A DNA stretch of 64,000 bases from Macrostomum lignano. Its lineage: Eukaryota. The stretch covers positions 124,001 through 188,000 of the forward strand of contig NIVC01000385.1 in the NCBI GenBank assembly GCA_002269645.1. Direction: 5' to 3'. Shown piece by piece: positions 1-12,888 of this stretch. The position numbers were made by a program, and so were the translations under genes. Under the pieces are notes generated by a model. That model searched no databases. It was not told the origin of the DNA and worked only from the letters and a program-made list of their open reading frames with translations. The stretch's first letter is position 1. The number at the start of each line of letters is the position of its first letter.

Positions 1-3000
1 CAGGTTATAGATAACTAAAACCATATCACTAATAGCTATAGATAACTATAAGCTAGATTACAACTTCAGAGCTATTAGTCAGCCTCACTCAACTCATTTT
101 ATAATATAAGTAAAGTAAAAATTTTATATAATAATATTTATTATTCTGGAAGATTTTTTTATTAGTAATACTAGTAAGTAGTATTATAACAAAATTTTTG
201 AAGTAATAGCATTGTACTATTGTACCACAAGGGTGGCAGCAAAAAAGAAACAAAACACAATCCAATAGATTTTCATGATTAAAATCATTCAAATTTTGAT
301 TTTTTAGTAAAAATGTATATTTGTCAAAACAATCACTATAAACTTGAAAACTACTCAACTCAAAACAAGCTAAGCTTACTCAACTCAAGGCAATAAAACT
401 TGATTCACTACTCAATAATACTATAATACTGCTAGTATATTATATTGTACAAAAACAGTAATCTAAAAATTTAAAGATGTAAAGATTAAAATATTAAAAT
501 AACAGTAATAACAGTAATAACAGTACAGTAGCTCCTGAAACCCGAGGTCGTCCGATTTTATCAACCTAGTAGATAACTAACCATGCACGGTAACTAACTA
601 TAAAATAAATATAGCGACGCGGTATTTTTTAATTTTAAATTGATGCAAGGTAACAACAATTAGATCAATTTTAAAATAACGCCTCAAGGTATGAAGTACT
701 AGACTGACATAGAAATGTAATTGAATAAGCAGTAAATAAATATGAATTGTGAGTCCATAATTTTGCTTCGAACCAAACAAAGAAATTGAACGACCACAAA
801 AACTTTGTGGCATGCTGCTCGTCGTAAGATGAACCCTGTGTCCCTGTGGAAGTAGATGTGTTAGGCCTACCTCGAATATATATATTTGATGGGTTTCGGC
901 CTTTTCGGCTTCTTTGGAGAGAAAGCCTTTGGGCCTCAGGTCTCAGAAATCAATCCGTTAGAGTCCTGGCCCCCCACTCCTGTCAGATGGTCAGCCCCGA
1001 GGTAGCTTGAACTGTGGCGAGCAGTCTAGGTCCTATAGCTAAGAGAGGGACAGCGAGAGATAAGCAGGGAGGATTTTGGAGGTAAAGATCAGCTAATCCG
1101 CAGATTAACTAACCCGCTGCCACCAGGTGCGCTCTGGCTCACCAAACCGGAACTTTCGAAATCAGGCTTCCGACTACATGTGAGAAGGGGCTTAGCAACT
1201 TACCTGCCAACTAGTGTCTTTTTGCTGTCAATCTCGAAGTCATAGCCGATGATAAGGGACACTGCTGGGACTTGATCGCATTGGCCATGCAGGAACAGTG
1301 GGGATCGACTTGTGCAGGGGATTCTCTTGCACTAGCGAGGCAAGGGTACGTATAGCTACTATCATGTACTACATTGCTAAATACGAGGGTTTGTGCTTTT
1401 GGCCTTCAACGCGCCAACCATGCAGCCTCTCGTAGCGCTGATGATAGACTAACTCGAACTTCGGAGACCGCATGATTCACCTCTACATCTCTACATCTCT
1501 AGCGCGCACCGATTTTGCACTATATTGGCAATTTCGCTAACTGATTTGATATTCGCTAACTAATTTGATAGATTGATCGACTGAGAACTGCCTTGTCATT
1601 GGTCCACTGTGATTGGCGCCTACTAGTAGCTTAGCTACTCATCTGAGCCATCGGCGAACAAAGAAATAAAACCGATTAAAAATAACTGCCAGATTTAACA
1701 GCTTCTCACTGAATTAATTCACACTTCAGATTGATCATTGGAGCAATCAGACTACTAACAGTATTATTGAATGATTTCTGCCTCAATAAACAGCACTACT
1801 GAACAAAATGAGCAAAAGTGTGCGCCTAATCCAGCTACTGAAATAGGGGACAGATAAGGAATCACCCAATCAAGAAAGTCTAGCTAGGTAGCCTCTCACC
1901 CAACCAATCGGATCAACAGCCACTCACTCAACAGCCACTAATCCACAGTGACCGAATCGGCTTAGTGCTTCGCAGCTGTAGACCGGGATGATGATGTTGC
2001 AGTCTTTATTGATAACTAGCAGGTGATAATCTTAAACTTGTCGATCGATGCCATTATCGATTTCTCTTCACCATCTTCACTTTCTATTTAATGAAATCTT
2101 TCTAATGCATACTTTTTCATTAATTTTTGTAAAGTTACGCGAAAACTTCTACGCGAAAGGTCATAAATCATAATGTAGCGATTTTGAGTGATTTATGACA
2201 GCACCTGGTGTAGTCACGTGAGTTTGAGTGGAAACAAGCTCAGCCAATCAGAAAATTCGATTTCAGTTATAAAAAATCGGCTCAGCCAAATCAGCGTCGA
2301 GGTGTTTCATTATAACAAATTGCGGTCCAGTTGGCGGCTATATAAACCGATATGTTTTTGGCCCGTTCGGACTCAACTTTCTGACGACTCGTCCTGACTT
2401 CGTCAGCCTTTTTGGACTCCCGGACTCATACCTCTGGAGTCACGACCGTCGTCTCTTGATCCCCGGATTGCGATAATCCCCTCATCATCAAGGACGAATC
2501 CCCCGGTCAATCCCAAAGTACTTTTAGGGGTAAAATGCATAGCTGTCAAAGCTGTCACACGCTTGAGTGAACACGAACCATAGGCCCTGACCTCGTAAAT
2601 CTGATGGCCTGTCAAAAATAATGAGAAAAAAGTTACCACCTGCATCATCTCAGACCATCTGGTGCCAGCCAGCTCAACACTGAGTGAGGCGCAGGTGGGT
2701 GTCAGACCAGCTCAAAAGCAATGATTAAGGACCCCAAGAGTAGCGAAAACCGCGCCTATGTTATTATGACTACAATTATGGCAAAATCATATAGCTACAA
2801 AGATCCTACTAGTATGAATTCTAGGAAAATTACATAAAGAAGGGAGAAAAATGCTCGTAGCCTGCTGTTAGTAGGCCAACAAGTTTGGAGCTCATGTGCG
2901 AGCGTGACATTTTGAAAAAAAGTGCGCCCTCATCAAATAATAGAATCTTAGCCTAGAATGTAGCCTTGAAGCTAATCCGCATTTGAAGCTAATTTTTCAT

Positions 3001-5873
3001 TGATGGCATTGGAAAGGAAATTAGCCTGAACCGCTTTTTACATTCTCCATATATACCATTTAGTATATAGTCGCATAATGTACGTGTGGTACATCATGTT
3101 CATGTAATCATTGATCCTTTTTATACTGTATGCTGTATGCTGACCGCAGCTGTACGACTTGAAGCTGTATTCATTAACATATATATAGCAATGTACATGT
3201 AAATGCAGTATTAATACTGTACGTGGTACATTTACATGTAAATCGATTTCAATAATTATAAATAGACGGGATTGAGTAAAAAAATAAATTACATCAATCG
3301 TCGTCATTCAATAGCAACACTACGGGAAAATCACTAACAATTACAGAAAAGAATTGTGTGTCCCTGCCTTCTTTTAGCCGTACATGAATAACCAAGGACA
3401 ACATAAGAACACAACAAGATGCTACCAGGGACTACTTACATGTAAATAGTTCCTGGGTACTACACACGCGATAATAAGAAAGATTGAGAAAAATGCTTGA
3501 AGATGATTTACTGGTACAAAGTGAAGAACATGTTTCCTTCACTTTAAAACGGACAAGGCCGTCAATCAACTACATGTACCTGCTTCCTTTAGGAAGCTAT
3601 ACGAACCAATACGAGCCTCCAAAGAGTACTTACGACGGACGTAGTGAATTTTTCACCGCTTCTGTATTGGCTGGGCATCCTGCAGTACCCATAACACTTC
3701 ATACGCATTGTTCCGGCTAAAAGCCTAAAATATTTGGAAAATAATTTTGCCCTTGAATGCGTCGATCTTACTTCCCATCCGTATTTTTTGCTGTTTGACA
3801 GAAATCGAGATGTTGTGTATTCATACCCATGCAGCAATACGTACATGTAACGGCCAAAAAGTCACAGAAGCCACAGAAGGTGCATTACTACGACCGCGAC
3901 CCTTTTCGAAGCCTGTCAATATTCGGGATCGTGCAACATACTGTGTTCTTCAGTGGTGCTTCTGTAGTAGGACATTGTCGCTCAACTGTACATGTATGCA
4001 TCGATCCAATTTGCTAGCTTATCGACGCTTGCTGACCAGCGAGGGTTACTTTTTGGCCGAGTGACTATTGTACAGTACGAATTTGTGCTTGGCTGCCAAT
4101 TCAATGCATTTTACATTTAGACGACATATTTATTTTTAGTAAAACTGACAGCGACAGTCACATGTAACTGTAGCATGCACAGTAAGTACATGTATTCATC
4201 CAGTGGGGTAGTGGGGTGACTATTGTACAATATACTATTACATAAGTTGAAACATTTTGCACAATCATCCGACGTCTGCGACGCTGGCCGATGTACGGGA
4301 AGTCTATCGACGTCGCTGACAATATGTACTTTTACATTGCACTAACGTTCAGCCCCCGTTTAGCCGCCGACGGACGACGCCGTTATCCGTCGATGAATGT
4401 AAAAGTACATGGTTGTCAGCAACCTCGATAGAAGTCGGAACGTCGGTCAACATCGCTGATGTTGAATTGATGTACGGGTTTATAGCATATGCAGGTGCGA
4501 ATACCGGTAGTGCATAGATTAGGCATAACTATAATAAATGGAACGCCATCGACTGCTTGGTCAAGGATCAGTTGAGGTAATTACAATAATTTATTAAATA
4601 GAAGCCAGCCAATAGTAAATAGATAGAAAAGAGCTGCATTCGATGGTATTCTGAATCAAGACGCTGCAATCAATGCCTACTTAATGGTGTCCACCAGCTT
4701 CTGGTTCGCCATTTCCGTTCTTTTTGCTTTTATTTGCGCTGCAAATCCGAAACAGATAGCTCTGAGAATGATGGCCAGGTCTCTTGAAAACATGTAAACC
4801 ACAAACACGACAGCAATGCACGCCAAGGTGAGAGTCAGTAACTTCTGCCAGGCAATTAGCCATAAAATACGGTTGATTTCGGCTTCGCTAAAGCCTTTCT
4901 GCGGAGGATAACCTTGTAACATCTGGAATATAAAATATGTAGTCAGTGAGCTGCGACGAACGTGTACTCAGTTCAGTTATATGTACTCCTTTTATTGCAT
5001 TTAGAAACCCTCGATACGAGTTTCAATGCTTTGCGAGATGTTAGAAGCTGAATTACTGCGATTCTTTCAGAGCTGATGGTCGGACACACGCACATGAGCG
5101 AAGCTTTCCCAACACACATTTCCTACTGTATTCGCTCCCTGCCCAATCATTTGCGCTACTGAATTTCCTTACATTCGAGTCTTCTCTGTTCATGCATGTG
5201 CCAGATGCCAATGGCAACTGTGAATAATAACAGCAGCAGCCAACAATATGCGCATGCATTTTCAGCATGAAGTCCTTAATCATCTGGGACTATATGTATT
5301 CTACCTATAGCTGTCCACCTGGAAACGATGACTTATAAGAAGCAATTATCTTCCTGCCCATGCTTTTCCAGAGTTTAAGGAGATCGCCAGTGGAGTTAGG
5401 CAGCAGGGCAAAATGGGATGACACGGGCCGAGTGACGGGCAGTTCGGATGCAGCAATCATCGAAGCGCTGTGGCGGAAGCACGAAAAAGCCCAGGTACTG
5501 TGCGTCTGAATTAATATCAACATCGTATCTTCCCATTCTGCCCTGAACTGTGTCTGGACCAATTTCCGTCACCTGAAGTGCTATGTTTCTGCTTGGAATG
5601 GCCTGACTTCCCCTTGATACGCTAATGCAATACAGCACGCAACTCTTACCTGGCAAACTAAATAAAACTCATAGGCGTTGAGAACATCGAGTTCATTGCG
5701 GTGCATACATTTTTTCTCTTATACTGTTTCGCTCTTCGAAGCTTAAGCGAGATTATAAATACTGGAATGATAGCTGATGTTCTGATGGCAACATCTGCAC
5801 ATCTGCAGAACTCTCTCTGGGCCGTCATATCGCCAGCTAGCAAATGGCCCCTTCCGGTTTGCGACAGTAGTAT

Positions 5874-6120
5874 AAGGACCACTAGCAGTAGTATATCAGG
5901 ACGTTACACTGAAAGATCGTGTAATTATGTAACATGCTGTGCATGCTAAATTAAAAGAATGGTAATAATCTTCAGCAAGCGAGGTCAAATGCAATTGTTG
6001 ATTTTGTGATGAAAAATGTTTTGTTCTTATCTCTGCGGTGAATTTTTACGGAAATCGGTCTCCAAACAAAATTTCACGATCTTTGAGGGCAGCGTCCTGA
6101 CATACTGCTAGTGGTCCTTG
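5874..6120. mobile_element. MITE-like element with ~50-bp imperfect terminal inverted repeats
   Basis: Left end AAGGACCACTAGCAGTAGTATATCAGGAC...AAAGATCGTG matches the reverse complement of the right end CACGATCTTT...GTCCTGACATACTGCTAGTGGTCCTT. No coding capacity; TSD not evident. Confidence 0.6.
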
Positions 6121-6885
6121 GACAGCAGCTGTCTAGCTGACTCTGAGCTGAGGCTCAACCCAAGACCCCATCGAACGTGCTAGCACCGATGCTACTATCT
6201 GATACACATGCAATATGACAGGAAAGCCCCTTCCTAAGACCTCTCTTGTCTCTTATCTTTCCTATCTTATTTGACGCTGTCTCTCATTTCTCAGATTTAA
6301 CATCATAGTTTTAGGGTCCTAACAACTCTCTTTCGAATTGCTTGTCATCATCGTCAACGGAATAAAGTACACGCACGCGTGCCACTTCTTCATTTCAGAA
6401 TTTATACCCACTTACCTTTGAGTACTGCTGACAAGTCTCGAGTAATGAAGAAGATAGTCGGGCTGCGGGTATCTTGATTCAGTATAGCAAACTATCTAAT
6501 TTTATTATTCATAGGAAGGTTGTACTATGTGGAAAAACTAAGTACTTCGATGAGTGGATCGAGAGAGACATACTGAGGAAGAAATGTTGATAGATTGAAA
6601 ATTGAAAACTCCACCACGATTGTATGAAACTCTCGACGCAAAAGACTGCCCAAAATTAGTTTTTGTCTAAGGCCAAACCTGACTAAGAAATTTTTGTATA
6701 ATTATTCGAGTGTTTATTCGAATATGTTCAGCTATTCTATGTCGTATTAATAGCTTGCTCGAACCTAGAGTCCTTATATGCTTTGAAACATGGAGCTGGA
6801 AAAGATGCTTGAACATAAATTTTCCCTGGCAATTGATTATTGAACTGCTTGCTCCCACACCTCGACCGGCTTGCAAAATGCTACC

Positions 6886-7581
6886 AAGGAATATTCAAAT
6901 AGAAGGACGGGAAACCCCGTTTCTTAGAAAATTTTGGAGGCAGGTTTTTCCGAAAAAATACAGTGTATGGAGATAAGAAGTATTCATTTTTTCAGCACAA
7001 ACATTTTTACTGCTATTAATAGGAGGCAGACCCAATGTTCATCTTTTGATATGTTGTGCCTTTCTATAACTCTATTAATATTCATAAGGCTTTTCGTTCA
7101 GATAATTAGGATTCTATGTTAACTTTTTATTCAACGTACAATTGCATATGCTTGTCCTGTGCTTAAAAACATTAAAATGGCACGACTCGGCTCATTGGTT
7201 TTATAAATCTATGAATATTTTGTCATTCTTAGCTGACTGTGTGACGATATGTGTAACAGAGATTATAAAATATATTCCAAAACCAAAGATTCGAACTGCG
7301 CCATGCATTTTTATGATTTATAGGTGCAGAAAATGTTCGTAGAATAAAAAATTAACATAGAATCGTGATGTTTGATGCGACAAGCTCTACGAAAATCAGT
7401 AGAGCTATAAGAAATGCAAGACATATCAAACGATTAACATTGGGTCTGCCTCCTATCGAAAGCAATGACAATTTTTGTGCTGAAGAAATGAAAAATTCCT
7501 ATCTTTGTACTGTACTTTTTCGAAAAAACCTAAAATTTTCTAAGAAACGGGGTTTCCCGTCCTTCTACTTTAGTAGTTCTT
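6886..7581. mobile_element. MITE with ~70-bp TIRs and a second, internal inverted pair
   Basis: TAGAAGGACGGGAAACCCCGTTTCTTAGAAAATTTT near 6900 is mirrored near 7530-7570. Internal ATTCTATGTTAACTTTTTATTC (~7110) is mirrored by GAATAAAAAATTAACATAGAAT (~7342). Confidence 0.7.
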
Positions 7582-8721
7582 GAATGCTACAGCCTACATT
7601 ATTAACGATGGACTCTCTCCTTGCGGGAGAATGTGCACGATGGTAGCAGCATAATAAATCACTTGGCCTAGCAAAGTTGGAGTGGCAACAACTCGAATAT
7701 ACTCGTAGCAGCAAGTGCTCTACAAGTGTAATTCATCTGTACCAGTGATACGGTACTGATTTGCAGCTTGTCATTTTTGCCAGTTGTTTGATTTTATTCT
7801 AATTTATAGCATCATGCCTGTAACTGGCCAAAATTCGACACAACTTCCATTGGCCAAGTGTGGTTTATCTTCTGGCAAATATTTGCTAGAACTAATGCAT
7901 TACTGGCTGCTCCATGAAAATCAACTCGCTTATTTTATTCATTTCTGGCTTATGCGCGCATTAGCCATCCTTAGCATGCTCAGAAATATACAAAAGGCAA
8001 AGATCAGCTAAACCGCACAGTTATTGCTGACCCTTCGCAGAAATTCGATCTGGCAGTAATTAGATCTTGCAATGCCGCTTGCTGAATCGTCATGAGTCTG
8101 ACTTTTTGTGGCTCACGCGATGTGCAAGCATAAAACCGATAATGGATTAAAAGCAATTTTTTGGCCCGTGGTTTTGTGCATCGACCGGTCAACCGTCTCG
8201 AAAACAGATTGATTTGCATGATTCGATTAGTAAGTATCGCATGAGATAACGTGCAAAGGGCAGGACGCAGGTACGATAAAGCAGCTGAAAGAGGTCCATC
8301 AAGCCCTAAATCGACCAATGAATGCAGGGGGTTTTATATAAAATTCAAAACGACTCGGAAAAATGCGGAATTGAAAAGCTGACGGTTAAATGTTTGAATA
8401 TCAGGTAGGTCGGCTGCAGAGTCTACTGTGATGCGATGGGTCGGGTGTCGAGCAACGTTGCTAGTCATCGGGAGTCATCGAGAGAGAAATAAGCATATAG
8501 TGTACGAGTTTAGCACAGGTGAGGCAAACGGTAGTCTTGAAACACGGTTAAATAAATACTTCGTCCAGTCCTTGATCAAGATCGGAAAACTCCATCAGCA
8601 AATTGATTTCTAAATACGGGCCCTATTCAGTTTCCAAGGAAAAAACATCACTGGTTGTACGGGGACTGGTGCATCGCTTTTAGAATCGGCCACTATTGTG
8701 CATTTGATATTTACAGTACGC

Positions 8722-8996
8722 CAGGGGTCAGCGAATTTTCACCTCAAGGGCCAGATACAGAACGTAGCGCATCAATGCGGGCCAGAGGAGGGGGGGAGAG
8801 GAAATTGAGAAGAGAAGTAGGAGAAAGGAGAGGCGAGAGAATAAAGGAGAAGAGGGGAGACAATAGGAGAGGAGAGATGAAGAGAAGAGGAGAGGAGAGG
8901 AGAGGAGAGGAGAGGAGAGGACAGGAGAGGAGACGAGTTGAGCGGAGAAGAGAGAGGAGAGAAGAGAAGAGAGGAGAGGAGGGGAGATGAGATGAG

Positions 8997-9081
<85 letters not shown>

Positions 9082-9182
9082 ACATTTGAGAAGAGAAAAG
9101 ACACAAAGCTTACACCCGAGGGCTGGATAGGGAGGCTTTGCAGGCCGCATTGGGTCCACGGGCCGGAGTTTGCCGACCCCTT
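8722..9182 (+). mobile_element. hAT (Charlie/MER58-like) MITE filled with AG-rich simple repeats
   Basis: 5' CAGGGGTCAGCGAATTTT...AAGGGCCAGATA and 3' GGGCCGGAGTTTGCCGACCCCT ends resemble MER58-type hAT termini. Imperfect 8-bp TSD cagtacgc / cagtacat. Confidence 0.7.
9001..9076. repeat. (AG)38 microsatellite, preceded by a GGAGA-type purine tract (~8790-9000)
   Basis: Read directly. It explains the spurious SL/ER-repeat ORFs. Confidence 0.97.
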
Positions 9183-9372
9183 CAGTACATGTATTCTTAG
9201 TGAGCATATGTAAGTTAAGCATAGTGCTGTGCAGTAGTTTACAAAAGCTTCCTCTTCGGCAAATAATAATCTGTCAGAACACCCGGGTAGTTAATCGGTC
9301 GAAAGTGTCTGGTCAGTTTGACAGTTTCAGTAGTTCGTGCATGCAAGATGCGTCTAGAATCTATCGTTTTCA

Positions 9373-10521
9373 TCAGACAAGCCCCAGCGTCTGATCTTCA
9401 TCGTCAATATACGGCAGGTCGCCCTGAGTATCGCGAAGAGCAGTCTCAGTGACACAGGTGAGCTGCGGCTGCCAAATCGATGCTGTTGCTGAATGAGTTG
9501 TCGTCGCTCTGCGCAGCGGCAGATTCGCAAGCCGCAGCAGGTTAGAGAGAAACACTCGCCGCTGTTGACCTACAGTGCCGACAATATCTCTGGCATCATC
9601 GCCTTGCGGATCGCGATGTCTATGCTGGCGAAGCTGCCGCATCCGTGGCAAGCGCAGTCGTCGCCGGAAAACCTGTCTGCGCCGGCCTGGAACTCGCAGC
9701 AGCAGACGTTGGCATATTCGACGCAGCTCCGTCTGGAAGTTGTAGTTAAAGAAGCCGTAGAACACTGGGTTCAGACAGGCGGACACCAGCACTAGTAGCG
9801 GAGGAGCGAAGTGCAAAGCCACTGTGGCTGCAACGCTGCTGCGACCAACGGACTCAATGTTCCTTAGGGTATGGAAACTTCCGCCTTCCGAGGTGCTGTT
9901 TTGGCCCCCATCACCGGGTTGCTGCTGTTGCTCCGACGCTGAAGAAACCTGCTGCACGCTAAGATCAGCGATATCGTGGTAGACGTTGCAGAGAGTCAGG
10001 GGCAGCCAGGAAACTGCGAAAACTACCGCTATTAACAGTAGGACAAGGTTAGCCCGCCGTCCTCTGCGTTGCTCCAAGTACAGGCGACGGCGCTGGAATG
10101 CAGTGGCCGCGTTGTTATAATAACTGCAGGCGTTCATGTTATTGGTGCAGTTTGCATTGTTAGCAATGCCAATAGTGTTGTTGCTTGGCAAGCCAGCTGT
10201 CCCAGCGTGACGCCGGCGAACTTTCTGATTGAGCCGGCGGCAGACGGTTCCATACGCGATCACCACCATGGATAGCGGAATCAGGTATTGAAATACGAGC
10301 ACTATTCCGCTATAAATGGCCTTCCAACGCTTCACCGTTGCATCGGTAGTCATTTCGCCGCAGAAAACCGCGTCTGCGCCTCCAAACGGGTCGGGCACGG
10401 TGGTGACGGAGGCAAACCAGGCGAGGGGACTCGCTAGCAAAGCCGAGGCCACCCAGAGACAGGCCACGCAGATGCTTGCCGCACTGCTGCCTTGGCTGGC
10501 CAGGTTTGGGTAGGCAATCAC
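9373..10521 (-). CDS. Neuropeptide Y/F receptor-like class A GPCR, exon 2 (TM4-TM7 and C-tail)
   Basis: Acceptor ctgcag|GTG at 10521 in phase 0 joins DRFQ|VIAYP. Motifs: QYLIPL (TM5), FAVSWLPL (TM6), SACLNPVFYGFFNYNF (TM7). Stop at 9373. Confidence 0.88.
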   Translation of the reverse strand: MIAYPNLASQGSSAASICVACLWVASALLASPLAWFASVTTVPDPFGGADAVFCGEMTTDATVKRWKAIYSGIVLVFQYLIPLSMVVIAYGTVCRRLNQKVRRRHAGTAGLPSNNTIGIANNANCTNNMNACSYYNNAATAFQRRRLYLEQRRGRRANLVLLLIAVVFAVSWLPLTLCNVYHDIADLSVQQVSSASEQQQQPGDGGQNSTSEGGSFHTLRNIESVGRSSVAATVALHFAPPLLVLVSACLNPVFYGFFNYNFQTELRRICQRLLLRVPGRRRQVFRRRLRLPRMRQLRQHRHRDPQGDDARDIVGTVGQQRRVFLSNLLRLANLPLRRATTTHSATASIWQPQLTCVTETALRDTQGDLPYIDDEDQTLGLV

Positions 10522-11793
10522 CTGCAGACAGTTTGTTGATTAGTTTTAGTTAATTAGCAAACCATAAACTGGCCTTCGCAGCAATGAGGACTGCGAGACC
10601 AAAGATCCTTTACGAGAATAGTACCTGTCCAAAGTGCTATGTGGGGGTAGAAAGGGAAGTTCACTTCCTTTTTGAGTTGAGCTGGAACATTTATAATGAT
10701 AAGTTTTGGACAGGAAGTCTTAGATTAAGTTTCAAATTAAAAAAACTTACTGCAGAGGATAAAGTATTGTATAGGCATAATGGAAAGTCTAGTAATATTC
10801 ATCAAAGACATGATGACACAAGCTAGAATGCAACTGCCCCGGGGCTTCATACGAACTATTAGCTTCATAAACAAGCTTGAATACTATTTTACGTCGAAAA
10901 TATATACCATTTATTCACTAGCTTTGGTAGCTATTTTTTCTTGGACTGTCTTAACTAGTTTAAGTTAATCAATATTACAATAAAATTAAAAAATCAGCAC
11001 CCCAGCGCATGTAAAATGAGTGATAATGTTAACGTGCAGTGCACATTATTTTATTGAAGGTTGTTTCTCTTAGAACCGGGCATTTTCTTAGATAATCTCA
11101 GATGAGCTAATCTGAGTTAATGCTCTTTATTTAGAATGCTTTATATTGACTGCTTTGAAGACGCTACACACCTTGACAAAAATGAATCTTAGGCCCATGA
11201 GTATGTTGTGACTTTTCACAAGTTGTAGTCATCAGTACACAGTTGCTCAGCCAAATGCAATGTTTATTATTCCTTGACTAGGAGAATCGATTTGCCCCAG
11301 GGTCTACTTAATTCAGAATATTTAGTACCCAAGAGACCGATGATGTTGTGCTTTCAATCAAAATATTTTTCTAACTCTCTATTCCACGCTTGTAACAAAT
11401 TGCAGACTAAGCAACTGTACGCTGTAAATGGGAGTTAATTGACCAGATAATCAATATAAGCCCGCAGACAGTTGTGCAGGAGAATCGTTTTGCAGAAGTC
11501 TCAAGGGCACAGTTTTGGGAGCCACATGACGAATTCCCAAGCAAAAAACGCAATGAAGAGGGTTTAAACGCCTGTAAAATAACAAGACGCCTTAACGGCT
11601 GCCGCAAAGAGTACTCATGAAAATTAACAAATTTCTCGTGATCCTCAGTGACCTTCAGTTCAACTAGTTTTTTTGCTGCCCAAGTGTTCAAAGAAAGCTC
11701 CTTAAGTATTCAATCTTGCCTTCAAAACAAAAAAACCTTACTGAGTAAGATTTCTAGGCTCAAACTGCCCTTATGAAGTTGAAATTGACCAAC

Positions 11794-12333
11794 CTGAAAC
11801 CTGTCCAAGGCGATGGCAGTGATGGCGTATGTTGACAGAAATACATTGACTCCAGTGACCGTGTTGACCGTCTTGCAGAGAAACAGCCCGAACTCCCAGC
11901 TGCGGTATCTCTGGAACAGTCGGACTATGTTTAACGGCTGCGTGAATGCGCACAGAATGAGGTCGGAGATGGCCAGGTTCACGATGTACAGGTTCCTGGG
12001 TGTCCGCATGTGCCTGTTAGCGGCCACAGCATAAATCACCAAACCGTTGCCAACGACGCCGAAAGCCATGAACACGGCGTAGACAGAAATGATCGCCTGG
12101 ATCAGGGGGAGCTCGCTTCTTCGGCTGTCCTGCAAGGATCTGTAAGCCAGGCGAATCGCCTCAACAAAGTCGGTCTTGTTGGCGCACCGAAAGTAGTTGA
12201 TCATGGGAGTGGGATCGGCCGGATTCAGCCCCATGCTGGCCTGCAGCTGCTGAAGGCACCCGTCATTCATTGACGCCTCCGAGCCTGCAGGGTCCAGCTT
12301 CGATATTGATGCTGAATTCGTGTCCATGTCCAT
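11794..12333 (-). CDS. Neuropeptide Y/F receptor-like class A GPCR, exon 1 (N-terminus to TM3)
   Basis: GNGLVIYAV (TM1), RTPRNLYIVNLAISDL (TM2), WEFGLFLCK, AIALDRFQ followed by donor CAG|GTTGGT at 11793. Spliced product is 562 aa. Confidence 0.9.
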
Positions 12334-12888
12334 CAGATGCTTTCACTGAAAGTTCAATAGAGTCGCAAGTTTCCAGCTTCCAGTGCCACCTGCACGCATT
12401 TGGCTGAATAAGATGAAATGCCAGGGGCCAATAGGCTGCTTTCGGTGTCTGATTGGTTGGGAATCTGCGGGACAAGAATGTTCCACATGCGATCGGATGT
12501 CATGAGCACAGCAATAAAGTACTCTCCAGCAGTAAGTCGTAAAAAAGCCATGACCTAAATTAAATTCGCTCAAACGGCAGCAGATAAGCATGCAAATATG
12601 TTATTAATCACTCATACCAAAAATCCATACAAATCGAGCCACTGGACTGATTAATTTTGGCGCTATCTGTGGGATTATGTACGCAAGAAGAGCACTACTG
12701 CTAATAAAATGATTAATCATGGCTCACGCAGCTGACATCAATTTAATTGCTAGCACGCTTCGTAGCTCATATCCGAAAATCTCTAGAGCATTTTAAATTT
12801 GGAAGCCATCAGACAGCAAGCATACATGCATACCAGTTAATAATATTAATCTAGCTGTTGAGTAGAAATGGACCCAACAATTTTTCCC

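Noticed and set aside
855-905. Hammerhead-like string on the minus strand (CCAAAGAAGCCGAAAAGGCCGAAAC)
   Set aside because: The CUGANGA core is not intact and no stem I partner was found; at most a decayed Penelope-type relic.
2365-2415. CTGACGA...GAAA hammerhead-like motif on the minus strand
   Set aside because: Stem II closing pair and stem III/cleavage triplet do not form.
8655-9222. ORFs with SL/ER/RE repeats (also 49037-49477)
   Set aside because: They are translations of AG microsatellites.
11722-11793. C-terminal tail of the 203-aa ORF
   Set aside because: It is intron read-through past the CAG|GT donor.
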